IMG/VR virus record: IMGVR_UViG_2734482594_000020
Direction: 5' to 3' (one strand)
DNA: 31,289 nucleotides
Origin: a virus
Taxonomy: Duplodnaviria > Heunggongvirae > Uroviricota > Caudoviricetes
This document shows positions 16,412-26,022 of this stretch, in pieces (position 1 is the stretch's first letter; every line of letters begins with the position of its first letter). The notes beneath the pieces were generated by a model that was given only the letters and a program-made list of their open reading frames with translations, made no database searches and was not told the origin of the DNA. Position numbers and translations under genes: made by a program.

Positions 16412-16749
16412 NNNNNNNNNNNNNNNNNNNNNNNNNNNNNNNNNNNNNNNNNNNNNNNNNNNNNNNNNNNNNNNNNNNNNNNNNNNNNNNNNNNNNNNNN
16501 NNNNNNNNNNNNNNNNNNNNNNNNNNNNNNNNNNNNNNNNNNNNNNNNNNNNNNNNNNNNNNNNNNNNNNNNNNNNNNNNNNNNNNNNNNNNNNNNNNNN
16601 NNNNNNNNNNNNNNNNNNNNNNNNNNNNNNNNNNNNNNNNNNNNNNNNNNNNNNNNNNNNNNNNNNNNNNNNNNNNNNNNNNNNNNNNNNNNNNNNNNNN
16701 NNNNNNNNNNNNNNNNNNNNNNNNNNNNNNNNNNNNNNNNNNNNNNNNN
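16412..16749. other. 338-nt run of N (assembly gap or masked sequence)
   Basis: Direct observation; removes the endolysin body and the Rz start. Confidence 1.
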
Positions 16750-17184
16750 GTTATCTGCATCATCGTCTGCCTGTCGTGGGCGGTCAATCATTACCGTGAT
16801 AACGCCATCGCCTACAAAGAACAGCGAGATAAAAAAGTCAGTGAGCTGAAGCAGGCGACCGCCACCATTACTGACATGCAGCAGCGCCAGCGTTCTGCTG
16901 ATGCACTCGATGCTAAATACACGAAGGAGTTAGCTGATGCGAAAGCTAAAAATGATGCTCTTCGGCGCAAGCTTGATAATGGTGGTCGGGTGCTCGTCAA
17001 AGGAAAATGCTCTGTGCCATCCTCAGCCGAAACCTCCAGCGCCTCCGGCATGGGCAATGATGCCACCGTCGAACTCTCTCCAGTTGCTGGACGAAACGTT
17101 CTCGGTATCCGGGACGGAATCATCAGAGACCAGACAGCACTGAGAACGCTTCAGGAATATATCAGGACGCAATGCCTTCGATGA
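16750..17184 (+). CDS. Rz: Rz i-spanin, C-terminal portion after the gap
   Basis: '[20 protein letters not shown]...[12 protein letters not shown]' closely resembles lambda Rz. Confidence 0.75.
   Translation, partial: VICIIVCLSWAVNHYRDNAIAYKEQRDKKVSELKQATATITDMQQRQRSADALDAKYTKELADAKAKNDALRRKLDNGGRVLVKGKCSVPSSAETSSASGMGNDATVELSPVAGRNVLGIRDGIIRDQTALRTLQEYIRTQCLR
16937..17143 (+). CDS. Rz1: Rz1 o-spanin lipoprotein, embedded in the +1 frame of Rz
   Basis: '[19 protein letters not shown]' signal/lipobox and Pro-rich 'PKPPAPPAW', as in lambda Rz1. Confidence 0.7.
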   Translation: MRKLKMMLFGASLIMVVGCSSKENALCHPQPKPPAPPAWAMMPPSNSLQLLDETFSVSGTESSETRQH

Positions 17185-17324
17185 TAGCGATAATTTTACT
17201 CATCATCCTTCACATCTGGCTCTGTAGACAGGGTGGTGATCACTTCTGGAGTGAATCCAGATTAAACATCTCATTGCTGATGCTTGAAGTTGAGCATCTG
17301 GCGCGCGGTAAGGGGCTGCGTTGA
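17181..17324 (+). CDS. small hypothetical membrane protein (47 aa)
   Basis: ATGA overlap with the Rz stop; hydrophobic N-terminus; followed by a terminator-like hairpin; weak. Confidence 0.3.
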   Translation: MIAIILLIILHIWLCRQGGDHFWSESRLNISLLMLEVEHLARGKGLR

Positions 17325-17357
17325 AATAAGAGCCAGTCATTACAAATACCAGGATTT

Positions 17358-17383
17358 AGCCTCGTATTCGCGGGGCTTTTTAT
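17358..17383 (+). terminator. terminator-like hairpin at the end of the lysis cassette
   Basis: AGCCUCG-uauucg-CGGGGCU (one G-U pair) followed by TTTTTATT. Confidence 0.45.
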
Positions 17384-17899
17384 TGCCATTACAAAAGCCA
17401 CTCCCTACAGAGTGGCTTTGATAATGGCTTATACCCTACACGGGATAACTTAACTGATATCCCTTTTAACGGATAAAGGTATTCAAGCCTGACACATCAT
17501 GCGCTGTATCGTCGCCGTATTCCCGTATTAACAGAGACCGTAGCCCGACGGGGAACTCCTTCTGCGAGAGTGTGCGGGAATAATCAAAAACGATGCACAC
17601 CGGGTTTTTACCGCGTTTATGGTTCGCGGGTTTGTCCCTCATGCTCGCCAGTCCTGTGCGGGGGTGGAAGAAACAGGATACTCACACAGATTCTTGTGGG
17701 CACGATGCTATTCCTTTCTGGATTATCCCGATGCCATTCATGCAAGGCGCTGTATCAGACGTTCGTCATGGCTGTCAGGCTGACGGGTCCTCCCGGTGGG
17801 GTGGCCTGCCACGGGGCGGGAGCGTCGCGGAAAAAGGCTAGTTTTTGCATTTCCATGGCGGCGGCAGCATGTTAGGTAATTTATTGATAATTAAAAGTT

Positions 17900-17997
17900 A
17901 TTTCTCTTTTCACCTGTACAATATTTTTTTCTCCCTGTCATTAGACCAGTTTTCAATTAATTGAAATATATAAATAAACCTGATTTTCACCTGCCAG
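17900..17997. promoter_or_regulatory. candidate cos / terminase-recognition region
   Basis: AT-rich segment just upstream of the small terminase gene with direct repeat TTTTCACCTG (17907-17916 and 17984-17993) flanking a perfect 16-bp palindrome TTTCAATTAATTGAAA (17951-17966). Confidence 0.35.
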
Positions 17998-18009
17998 ATG
18001 GAGTTGCTT

Positions 18010-18546
18010 ATGTCAAATGTGAGCGGGATCGGTGATGCTTATTACTGGAGTGTTTTTAAAATCGCCGAGGCCTTTGGGCTTCACCGGGACACAGTAAAAA
18101 AACGGCTCCTCGCGGCCAACACTCCTGTGGCAGCGACTGTCAGGGGGAACCCCGTTTACGCCCTGCAGCATGTCGGGCCTGCCCTGTTTAGTGTGAAGCA
18201 TGAGGCAGCAGACTCTGTTCATGATCCATCCCGTATGGAGCCGAAAGAGAGAAAGGATTGGTACCAGTCTGAAAATGAAAGGATCAAGCTGGAAAAGGAG
18301 CAGCGAAAACTCATCCCCGTTGATGAAGTAGTCATCGTCTATTCGTCCATGAGAAAGGCTGTCGTCCAGGTTCTGGAGACAATTCCGGATGTTCTTGAAC
18401 GCGATTGCGCCCTGACTCCTCAGGCCGTCGGCGTTGTACAGCAGGCCATTGATGACCTGCGATACACTCTTCAGGAAAAATCCTACGAGGCTTGTGCTGC
18501 TGAATTAATTCCTGATGAGGAAGGAGAGAGTCTCCAGGAGGAATAA
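18010..18546 (+). CDS. terminase small subunit (Nu1-like)
   Basis: Position just before the large terminase; N-terminal HTH-like region; GGAG 6 nt before the ATG at 18010. Confidence 0.6.
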   Translation: MSNVSGIGDAYYWSVFKIAEAFGLHRDTVKKRLLAANTPVAATVRGNPVYALQHVGPALFSVKHEAADSVHDPSRMEPKERKDWYQSENERIKLEKEQRKLIPVDEVVIVYSSMRKAVVQVLETIPDVLERDCALTPQAVGVVQQAIDDLRYTLQEKSYEACAAELIPDEEGESLQEE

Positions 18547-20645
18547 TGGGTTTTTCATCAGCCCGAAATTTGGGAAGGGACATATCGGCAGGATTTTCCC
18601 CACCACGTCGCATGCCGATTTCGGAGGCTGTTAAAAAATTCATGCGTGTTCCCAAGGGGGCTGGTAACTCGGTGCCATGGGATCCTGAACTGACACCCTA
18701 CATCATTGAGCCCATGAACTGCCTGGCATCGCGTGAATACGATGCGGTGATTTTTGTTGGTCCTGCGCGAACAGGGAAGACCATTGGTCTGATCGATGGA
18801 TGGATTGTCTATACCATCGTTTGCGATCCTTCGGACATGCTCGTTGTGCAGATGACCGAAGATAAGGCCCGCGAGCATTCTAAAAAGCGCCTCGACAGAA
18901 CGTTCAGAAGCAGTGCGGCGGTAAAGAAAAGAATGAGTCCACGTCGTAACGACAATAATGTTCATGATAAGACGTTCAGGGATGGCTCGTTCCTTAAAAT
19001 TGGTTGGCCCTCGGTCAACATTATGTCGTCGTCGGATTACCGGTTTGTCGCCTTAACCGATTACGACCGTTTTCCGGAGAATATCGACAGCGAGGGTGAT
19101 GGTTTCTCCCTGGCCTCAAAACGTACCACCACATTTATGTCCGCCGGGATGACTCTGGTGGAGAGCTCGCCGGGACGTGACATCTGCGACAGCAAATGGC
19201 GACGTAAGTCGCCTCATGAAGCGCCACCGACGACTGGTATTCTTTCCCTTTACAATCGTGGTGACCGCCGCCGCTGGTACTGGCCATGTCCGCACTGCGG
19301 TGAATATTTTCAGCCAGCCATGGATGCCATGACCGGCTACCGTAATGAACCGGATCCATTTAAAGCCAGTGAGGCGGCGTATCTACTTTGCCCGCACTGC
19401 AGCGGCATTATCACTGCGGAGAAAAAGCGTGAGCTCAATAGTGCAGGAGTCTGGTTGCGTGAAGGTCAGGTCATTGATCGTAACGGCAACGTTTCCGGTG
19501 AACCGCGCCGCTCCCGTATCGCCAGTTTCTGGATGGAAGGGCCAGCTGCTGCGTATCAGACCTGGGCGCAACTGGTTTACAAATTACTGACTGCAGAACA
19601 GGAGTATGAAGCGACAGGAAGCGAAGAAACACTCAGGGCGGTTATCAACACCGACTGGGGATTGCCTTATCTTCCTCGTGCCAGCATGGAGCAACGAAAA
19701 AGTGAACTGCTTGAGCAGCGGGCAGAGCCAGTTCCTTCCCGCAGTGTGCCGGATGGCGTTAATTTCCTTGTGGCGACAGTGGATGTGCAGGCGGGACGTC
19801 ATCGCCGTTTTGTGGTTCAGGTAACAGGCTATGGCAGTCGTGGCGAACGCTGGATTATTGATCGTTACAACATCACGCAGTCATTGCGCAGTGACTGCGA
19901 CGGGGAGAGCCAGCGAATTGATCCGGCCAGCTATCCGGAAGACTGGGATGTCCTGCTGACAGATGTTTTTCATAAAAGCTGGCCGCTGGCCTCCGATCCT
20001 TCTCAACAAATGCGACTTATGGCAATGGCGGTGGACTCCGGCGGTGAAGACGGGGTCACTGATAATGCCTATAAATTCTGGCGTCGTTGCCGTCGTGATG
20101 GCCTTGGTAAACGTATTTACCTGTTTAAGGGCGACAGCATCCGGCGCGCAAAACTGATCAGCCGTACATTCCCTGATAACACCGGACGAACGGGCCGACG
20201 GGCGCAGGCCGCAGGTGATGTGCCGCTCTGGCTTCTTCAGACGGATGCCCTGAAAGACCGGGTGAATAACGCGTTATGGCGTAACTCGCCAGGTCCTGGC
20301 TATGTGCATTTCCCTGACTGGCTGGGGAGCTGGTTTTACGACGAACTGACGTATGAAGAGCGGAGCAGTGACGGGAAATGGAGTAAGCCGGGTCGCGGTG
20401 CCAACGAAGCTTTTGACCTGATGGTGTATGCCGAGGCTCTGGTCATTCTGCATGGATACGAAAAGATCCGCTGGCCGGATGCACCGGAGTGGGCGAGCCG
20501 GGAAACCTGGCTGGAGTGTGTCCCGGACAGTACCGAACCGTCACCCTCACCGGAACCGGTATCCACGCCTGTTAAAAAACAAAAACGGAAGAAAACAGTA
20601 ACTGACGATGTTAACCCCTGGCTGACTTCCGGAGGATGGTTATGA
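18546..20645 (+). CDS. terminase large subunit (lambda gpA family)
   Basis: Walker A 'GPARTGKT'; 699 aa; TAATG coupling to the small subunit. Confidence 0.85.
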   Translation: MGFSSARNLGRDISAGFSPPRRMPISEAVKKFMRVPKGAGNSVPWDPELTPYIIEPMNCLASREYDAVIFVGPARTGKTIGLIDGWIVYTIVCDPSDMLVVQMTEDKAREHSKKRLDRTFRSSAAVKKRMSPRRNDNNVHDKTFRDGSFLKIGWPSVNIMSSSDYRFVALTDYDRFPENIDSEGDGFSLASKRTTTFMSAGMTLVESSPGRDICDSKWRRKSPHEAPPTTGILSLYNRGDRRRWYWPCPHCGEYFQPAMDAMTGYRNEPDPFKASEAAYLLCPHCSGIITAEKKRELNSAGVWLREGQVIDRNGNVSGEPRRSRIASFWMEGPAAAYQTWAQLVYKLLTAEQEYEATGSEETLRAVINTDWGLPYLPRASMEQRKSELLEQRAEPVPSRSVPDGVNFLVATVDVQAGRHRRFVVQVTGYGSRGERWIIDRYNITQSLRSDCDGESQRIDPASYPEDWDVLLTDVFHKSWPLASDPSQQMRLMAMAVDSGGEDGVTDNAYKFWRRCRRDGLGKRIYLFKGDSIRRAKLISRTFPDNTGRTGRRAQAAGDVPLWLLQTDALKDRVNNALWRNSPGPGYVHFPDWLGSWFYDELTYEERSSDGKWSKPGRGANEAFDLMVYAEALVILHGYEKIRWPDAPEWASRETWLECVPDSTEPSPSPEPVSTPVKKQKRKKTVTDDVNPWLTSGGWL

Positions 20646-20854
20646 ATCAGAATGATATTGAAGCCATGATTCAGCGTTATACGGAAGCTGAAATGGCGGT
20701 GCTGGACGGAAAATCCGTCACTTTTAATGGTCAGCAGATGACCATGGAAAACTTATCTGAGATCCGGCAGGGGCGGCAGGAGTGGGAGCGCCGCCTTGCG
20801 GCTCTGATTACACGACGACGTGGGCATCCCGGGTACCGGCTGGCGAGGTTCTGA
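20642..20854 (+). CDS. gpW-like head-tail joining protein
   Basis: About 70 aa with C-terminal 'RRRG', between terminase and portal as in lambda; GGAGG before the ATG at 20642. Confidence 0.6.
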   Translation: MNQNDIEAMIQRYTEAEMAVLDGKSVTFNGQQMTMENLSEIRQGRQEWERRLAALITRRRGHPGYRLARF

Positions 20855-22329
20855 TGGCAATTCTTGATGATGTGATTGGCGTTTTTTCACCAGGATGGAA
20901 AGCGGCAAGGCTGCGTTCCCGTGCGGTGATCCAGGCTTATGAGGCCGTAAAAACGACGCGGACACACAAAGCCCGACGGGAGAACCGAACTGCCGACCAG
21001 TTAAGCCAGTACGGGGCCGTGTCGTTACGTGAGCAGGCCCGTTACCTTGATAACAACCACGATCTGGTCATTGGTGTATTTGACAAGCTGGAAGAACGGG
21101 TGGTGGGGAAAAACGGGATTATTGTCGAGCCACATCCGGTATTACGCAATGGGGCCATTGCCCGTGATCTGGCAGCGGAGATACGTACCCGATGGAGTGA
21201 ATGGTCTGTCAGTCCGGAGGTCACCGGGCAGTTTACCCGTCCGATGCTGGAACGTCTGATGCTGCGTACCTGGCTGCGCGATGGTGAGGTGTTTGCCCAG
21301 ATGGTTTCCGGGCGCATAAACAGCCTGACGCCTTCTGCCGGTGTTCATTTCTGGCTGGAGGCGCTCGAGCCGGACTTTATTCCCATGACCAGTGATGAGA
21401 GTAACAGGCTGAATCAGGGCGTGTTTGTTGATGACTGGGGGCGTCCCGAAAAATATCTGGTGTATAAAAGTCGTCCTGTATCCGGACGGCAGATGGAAAC
21501 CAAAGAAGTGGATGCAGAGCGAATGCTGCATCTTAAATTTGTTCGCCGTCTGCACCAGATGCGCGGGACGTCTTTATTGTCCGGTGTGCTGATCCGCCTC
21601 AGCGCCCTGAAAGAGTATGAAGATTCTGAGCTGACTGCAGCAAGGGTCGCCGCTGCTCTGGGGATGTACATCCGCAAAGGCGACGGACAGAGCTATGAAA
21701 CGGATGGTAATTACAGCAAGGAGAATGAACGCGAGCTTACCATTCAGCCAGGCATTATTTACGACGATCTGAAACCCGGCGAAGAAATCGGAATGGTGAA
21801 GTCGGATCGCCCAAATCCTAACCTTGAAACTTTTCGTAATGCTCAGTTGCGTGCCGTGGCGGCGGGCAGTCGTCTGAGTTTTTCCAGTACAGCGCGCAAC
21901 TATAACGGCACTTACAGCGCCCAGCGTCAGGAGCTGGTTGAATCCACTGATGGCTACCTGATCCTGCAGGACTGGTTTATTGGTGCCGTCACCCGCCCGA
22001 TGTATCGTGCCTGGCTGAAACAGGCTGTGGCATCCGGTGTTATCAGGCTACCCCGCGATCTTGACCGTTCTTCACTGTATACCGCGGTGTATTCCGGACC
22101 GGTGATGCCGTGGATTGATCCTGTTAAGGAGGCTGAGGCCTGGAAAATCCAGATTCGTGGTGGAGCGGCGACAGAATCAGACTGGGTACGTGCAGGTGGT
22201 CGTAATCCGGATGATGTCAAACGTCGGCGCAAGGCCGAAATTGATGAAAACCGCAAGCTGGACCTGGTATTTGATACCGATCCGGCCAGTGATAAAGGAG
22301 GCAGCAGTGCCGCAACGAAACGACAGTAG
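20854..22329 (+). CDS. portal protein (lambda gpB family)
   Basis: 491 aa, between W and the capsid protease; ATGA coupling. Confidence 0.75.
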   Translation: MAILDDVIGVFSPGWKAARLRSRAVIQAYEAVKTTRTHKARRENRTADQLSQYGAVSLREQARYLDNNHDLVIGVFDKLEERVVGKNGIIVEPHPVLRNGAIARDLAAEIRTRWSEWSVSPEVTGQFTRPMLERLMLRTWLRDGEVFAQMVSGRINSLTPSAGVHFWLEALEPDFIPMTSDESNRLNQGVFVDDWGRPEKYLVYKSRPVSGRQMETKEVDAERMLHLKFVRRLHQMRGTSLLSGVLIRLSALKEYEDSELTAARVAAALGMYIRKGDGQSYETDGNYSKENERELTIQPGIIYDDLKPGEEIGMVKSDRPNPNLETFRNAQLRAVAAGSRLSFSSTARNYNGTYSAQRQELVESTDGYLILQDWFIGAVTRPMYRAWLKQAVASGVIRLPRDLDRSSLYTAVYSGPVMPWIDPVKEAEAWKIQIRGGAATESDWVRAGGRNPDDVKRRRKAEIDENRKLDLVFDTDPASDKGGSSAATKRQ

Positions 22330-24334
22330 CCGCAGTACACCGACGACCAGTCCGAAGAATAATTCCTGGTTCAGGATGCAGGCTGGTCACCAGAGTGACG
22401 CGGATATTTATATTTATGACGAGATTGGTTTCTGGGGTGTTACAGCGAAGCAGTTTATCAGTGATCTGAATGCACTGGGCGATATCACCCACATTAATCT
22501 CCATATCAATTCACCGGGTGGCGATGTCTTTGAAGGCATCGCCATTTTTAATGCGCTGAAAACACATGGTGCGTCCATTACCGTTTATGTCGACGGTGTG
22601 GCGGCATCAATGGCGTCGGTCATTGCGATGGTGGGAAACCCGGTCATTATGCCGGAAAACACCTTCATGATGATTCATAAACCATTTGGCTTTACGGGCG
22701 GTGATGCGGAGGACATGCGCACCTATGCCGACCTGCTCGATAAAGTTGAGGCGGTTCTGTTACCCGCTTATGCACAGAAAACCGGGAAAACCACCGATGA
22801 AATTGCTGCCATGCTGGCGGATGAGACCTGGATGTCCGGTGCCGAATGTCTGGCACAGGGATTTGCTGATCAGGTGACGCCAGCCGTTAAGGCAATGGCA
22901 TGTATTCAGTCAAAACGTACAGAGGAATTTAAAAAGATGCCGGAATACATTCGAAACATGATTACTCCGCCACGCAACAGTGCTCCACGCGTACAGGATA
23001 ATGAACCTGCAGCTTCCCGGACGCCAGTGCAGGCAGCAGCACCCGTGGTGGATGAAAACAGTATCCGTGCGCAGGTACTGGCAGAGCAAAAAGCGCGTGT
23101 AAACGGTATTAATGATCTGTTTGCCATGTTTGGCGGGCGTTATCAGACGCTGCAGGCTCAGTGTCTTGCCGATCCTGAATGTTCGCTGGAGCAGGCCCGC
23201 GAAAAGCTGTTGAACGAGATGGGGCGCGAGTCCACGCCATCCAATAAAAATACCCCGGCTCATATTTATGCCGGTAACGGTAATTTTGTGGGGGACGGGA
23301 TCCGCCAGGCGCTGATGGCGCGTGCCGGATTTGAAAAAACCGAACGTGATAATGTCTACAACGGGATGACCCTGCGTGAATATGCCCGTATGTCACTGAC
23401 TGAACGGGGTATTGGGGTTTCCAGTTATAACCCGATGCAGATGGTCGGTGCGGCGTTCACACACAGTACGTCTGACTTCGGTAATATTCTGCTGGATGTT
23501 GCGAACAAAGCCATTCTGCAGGGCTGGGAAGATGCCCCTGAAACCTATGAACAGTGGACGCGGAAAGGTCAGTTGTCTGATTTTAAAATTGCCCATCGTG
23601 TGGGTATGGGGGGCTTCAGTGCTCTGCGTCAGGTGCGTGAAGGGGCGGAATATAAATACGTTACCACCGGAGATAAACAGGCCACTATTGCACTGGCGAC
23701 CTATGGCGAGCTGTTCAGTATCACCCGTCAGGCCATTATCAATGATGATCTGAATATGCTGACCGATGTCCCGATGAAACTGGGCCGTGCGGCGAAATCC
23801 ACTATTGCCGATCTGGTTTATGCCATTCTGACGTCTAACCCGAAAATCTCCACAGATAATGTAAGTCTGTTCGATAAAGCGAAACATGCAAACGTACTGG
23901 AGAGCGCTGCAATGGACGTGGCATCGCTGGATAAAGCCCGCCAGTTGATGCGCGTTCAGAAAGAGGGTGAGCGTCATCTGAATATTCGTCCTGCGTTCGT
24001 ACTGGTACCGACGGCGATGGAGTCTGTTGCTAACCAGGTCATTCGCTCCTCAAGTGTCAAGGGGGCTGACATTAACGCCGGTATTATTAACCCGGTGAAA
24101 GATTTTGCGACCGTTATTGCAGAGCCTCGTCTTGATGATAACAGCCAGACCACCTTCTACCTGGCTGCGTCCAAAGGCTCCGATACGATTGAAGTGGCTT
24201 ATCTCAACGGTGTGGATACGCCATATATTGATCAGATGGAGGGCTTCAGTGTGGATGGCGTGACAACGAAAGTGCGTATTGACGCCGGTGTCGCGCCAGT
24301 TGATCACCGCGGTCTGGTGAAATGTACGGCGTAA
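22307..24334 (+). CDS. tripartite capsid gene: ClpP-like prohead protease, scaffold and major capsid protein in one ORF (Gifsy-2 type)
   Basis: N-terminal ClpP/S14-like region ('INSPGGDVFEGIAIFNA...MIHKP'), a charged middle segment and a large C-terminal capsid-like domain; GTG at 22307 with AAGGAGG 5 nt upstream. Confidence 0.75.
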   Translation: MPQRNDSSRSTPTTSPKNNSWFRMQAGHQSDADIYIYDEIGFWGVTAKQFISDLNALGDITHINLHINSPGGDVFEGIAIFNALKTHGASITVYVDGVAASMASVIAMVGNPVIMPENTFMMIHKPFGFTGGDAEDMRTYADLLDKVEAVLLPAYAQKTGKTTDEIAAMLADETWMSGAECLAQGFADQVTPAVKAMACIQSKRTEEFKKMPEYIRNMITPPRNSAPRVQDNEPAASRTPVQAAAPVVDENSIRAQVLAEQKARVNGINDLFAMFGGRYQTLQAQCLADPECSLEQAREKLLNEMGRESTPSNKNTPAHIYAGNGNFVGDGIRQALMARAGFEKTERDNVYNGMTLREYARMSLTERGIGVSSYNPMQMVGAAFTHSTSDFGNILLDVANKAILQGWEDAPETYEQWTRKGQLSDFKIAHRVGMGGFSALRQVREGAEYKYVTTGDKQATIALATYGELFSITRQAIINDDLNMLTDVPMKLGRAAKSTIADLVYAILTSNPKISTDNVSLFDKAKHANVLESAAMDVASLDKARQLMRVQKEGERHLNIRPAFVLVPTAMESVANQVIRSSSVKGADINAGIINPVKDFATVIAEPRLDDNSQTTFYLAASKGSDTIEVAYLNGVDTPYIDQMEGFSVDGVTTKVRIDAGVAPVDHRGLVKCTA

Positions 24335-24356
24335 ACGTCGCAGACAACAACTCTGA

Positions 24357-24377
24357 TGGCCCGTAAGGGCTTTTTTT
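24357..24377 (+). terminator. rho-independent terminator after the capsid gene
   Basis: GCCC-gtaa-GGGC followed by TTTTTTT; a second hairpin without a U-run follows at 24389-24407. Confidence 0.6.
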
Positions 24378-24420
24378 GTACCTGAAATCAGCCCCTGAAC
24401 GGGGCTGTGCGGAGACAGTT

Positions 24421-24744
24421 ATGGCAAAGAATTTTGTAGAAGAAGGAAAAACGGTGGCGATTGTTGCCAGTGCAGCCATCAGCAGCGGAGATCTGGTGCA
24501 GGTGGGTGATGTTTTTGCGGTAGCGCTGACCGATATTCCACAGGGTGAAACAGGCGACGGCCTGACCGAAGGTGTGTTTATGCTGCCTAAGCTGAAAACG
24601 GATGACATGAAAACGGGTAAGAAGGTTTATCTGAAGTCCGGAAAAGTTCAGTTGACTAACAGCGGCTCTGATCCGCTGGTCGGGGTTGTCTGGGCAGATG
24701 CCGGAACCAGTGCAGAAGAAGTGCCGGTAAAACTCAATGTCTGA
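24421..24744 (+). CDS. DUF2190-like small head protein (possible decoration/cement protein)
   Basis: 107 aa immediately after the capsid gene; RBS GGAGA; family assignment from memory. Confidence 0.45.
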   Translation: MAKNFVEEGKTVAIVASAAISSGDLVQVGDVFAVALTDIPQGETGDGLTEGVFMLPKLKTDDMKTGKKVYLKSGKVQLTNSGSDPLVGVVWADAGTSAEEVPVKLNV

Positions 24745-25012
24745 TCCCTTTTCCCGGCTGGCAGCGCGTATGGATGCGACCACGGTCAGAAAGATGGGAA
24801 AGACAGCCTCGATTAATGATGTCGATATGACTGTGATCCCGGGAGAAACACTGGCAGAGCTGAATGCTCTGTCCGGACCTGCGGTCTCTCTGGTGGTGTT
24901 TTCTTCGGGATACCGCCCACGGCGCGGGGATCGCGTTGTTTATGACGGACAACAATGGACGGTCACACGGCATGAACGCTTTAACGGTAAGCCAATGATC
25001 TTTATTGAGTAA
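24737..25012 (+). CDS. head-tail joining protein (lambda gpFII-like)
   Basis: 'RRGDRVVYDGQQWTVTRH' parallels lambda FII 'RRGDTLTIGEENFWVDRV'; position before Z. Confidence 0.55.
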   Translation: MSDPFSRLAARMDATTVRKMGKTASINDVDMTVIPGETLAELNALSGPAVSLVVFSSGYRPRRGDRVVYDGQQWTVTRHERFNGKPMIFIE

Positions 25013-25023
25013 AGAGGTGTGGG

Positions 25024-25614
25024 ATGAAGGGGCTTGAGAATGCTATCCGCAATCTGAACAGCCTTGATACCCGTATGGTGCCACAGGCCAGCGCATGGGC
25101 GATAAACCGTGTGGCACAGAAAGCGGTCTCGGTTGCCACCCGGCAGGTTGCCGGGAATACCGTTGCGGGAGATAACCAGGTGAAAGGGATCCCCCTGAAA
25201 CTGGTACGTCAGCGTGTCCGGGTGTTTAAAGCCAGTCCGTCAGGAAAAATGACGGCCAGGATCCGCGTTAACCGGGGCAATCTGCCCGCCATCAAACTGA
25301 ACACAACACGGCGGCGTGCTGGTGAAGGATTGAGAGTGGGAAAATACTTTTTCCGGGGGGCATTTATTCAGCAACTGGCGAATGGCCGCTGGCATGTTCT
25401 GAGGCGTCTTCCTGAAGCGCGTTTTGCAACAGGGCATGACCATCAGGGCAGGCCAAGAAAAAATCGTCTTCCTGTGGAGGTAGTGAAAGTCCCGCTGTCC
25501 GGACCGCTGACACAGGCATTTGAAGATGCCCGCGACCACATCATTGCTGCGGAAATGCCGAAACAGCTGGGGTATGCACTGAAACAACAACTGAGATTAT
25601 GGCTGACCCGATGA
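25024..25614 (+). CDS. Z: minor tail protein Z
   Basis: Alignable by eye to lambda gpZ ('GAFIQQL.NGRWHV', 'LGYAL...QLR'). Confidence 0.75.
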   Translation: MKGLENAIRNLNSLDTRMVPQASAWAINRVAQKAVSVATRQVAGNTVAGDNQVKGIPLKLVRQRVRVFKASPSGKMTARIRVNRGNLPAIKLNTTRRRAGEGLRVGKYFFRGAFIQQLANGRWHVLRRLPEARFATGHDHQGRPRKNRLPVEVVKVPLSGPLTQAFEDARDHIIAAEMPKQLGYALKQQLRLWLTR

Positions 25615-26012
25615 ACCGACATACACAAATCCGCCAGGCCGTACTGGCACGCCTTCGGGAACAGTGTGGAGACAGCGCCACGTTTTTTGACGGGCTTCCG
25701 GCATTTATTGATGCGCAGGAACTGCCTGCCGTGGCGGTGTGGCTGAGTGATGCTCAGTACACCGGAAAAATGACGGATGAAGATGACTGGCAGGCTGTTC
25801 TGCATATTGCCGTCTTCATCCGGGCACAGGCACCGGATTCAGAGCTGGATATGTGGATGGAGAGCACCATTTTCCCGGCCCTGAATGATGTACCGGCACT
25901 TTCCGGACTCATCGACACCCTGATCCCACTCGGTTTTAACTATCAACGTGATAATGAGATGGCCACCTGGGCGATGGCGGAAATCACGTACCAGATCACG
26001 TACACGAATTAA
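25599..26012 (+). CDS. U: tail terminator protein U
   Basis: Strong similarity to lambda gpU ('ATFFDG.PA..D....PAVAV', 'DSELD.WMES'). Confidence 0.85.
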   Translation: MADPMNRHTQIRQAVLARLREQCGDSATFFDGLPAFIDAQELPAVAVWLSDAQYTGKMTDEDDWQAVLHIAVFIRAQAPDSELDMWMESTIFPALNDVPALSGLIDTLIPLGFNYQRDNEMATWAMAEITYQITYTN

Positions 26013-26022
26013 GGAGGTGGCA

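Noticed and set aside
16288-16849. Track ORFs spanning the N run (16288..16791 -, 16398..16787 -, and the 16325..16849 continuation)
   Set aside because: Artefacts of translating N as X; only the sequence outside 16412..16749 is interpretable.
17570-17875. Two overlapping + strand ORFs (101 and 82 aa) in the cos-proximal region
   Set aside because: No RBS, Cys/Gly/Arg-rich low-complexity translation, mutually overlapping; more likely non-coding.
22115-22306. N-terminal extension of the capsid ORF overlapping the portal gene
   Set aside because: The GTG at 22307 has a near-perfect AAGGAGG RBS; the upstream in-frame stretch lies inside the portal coding region.
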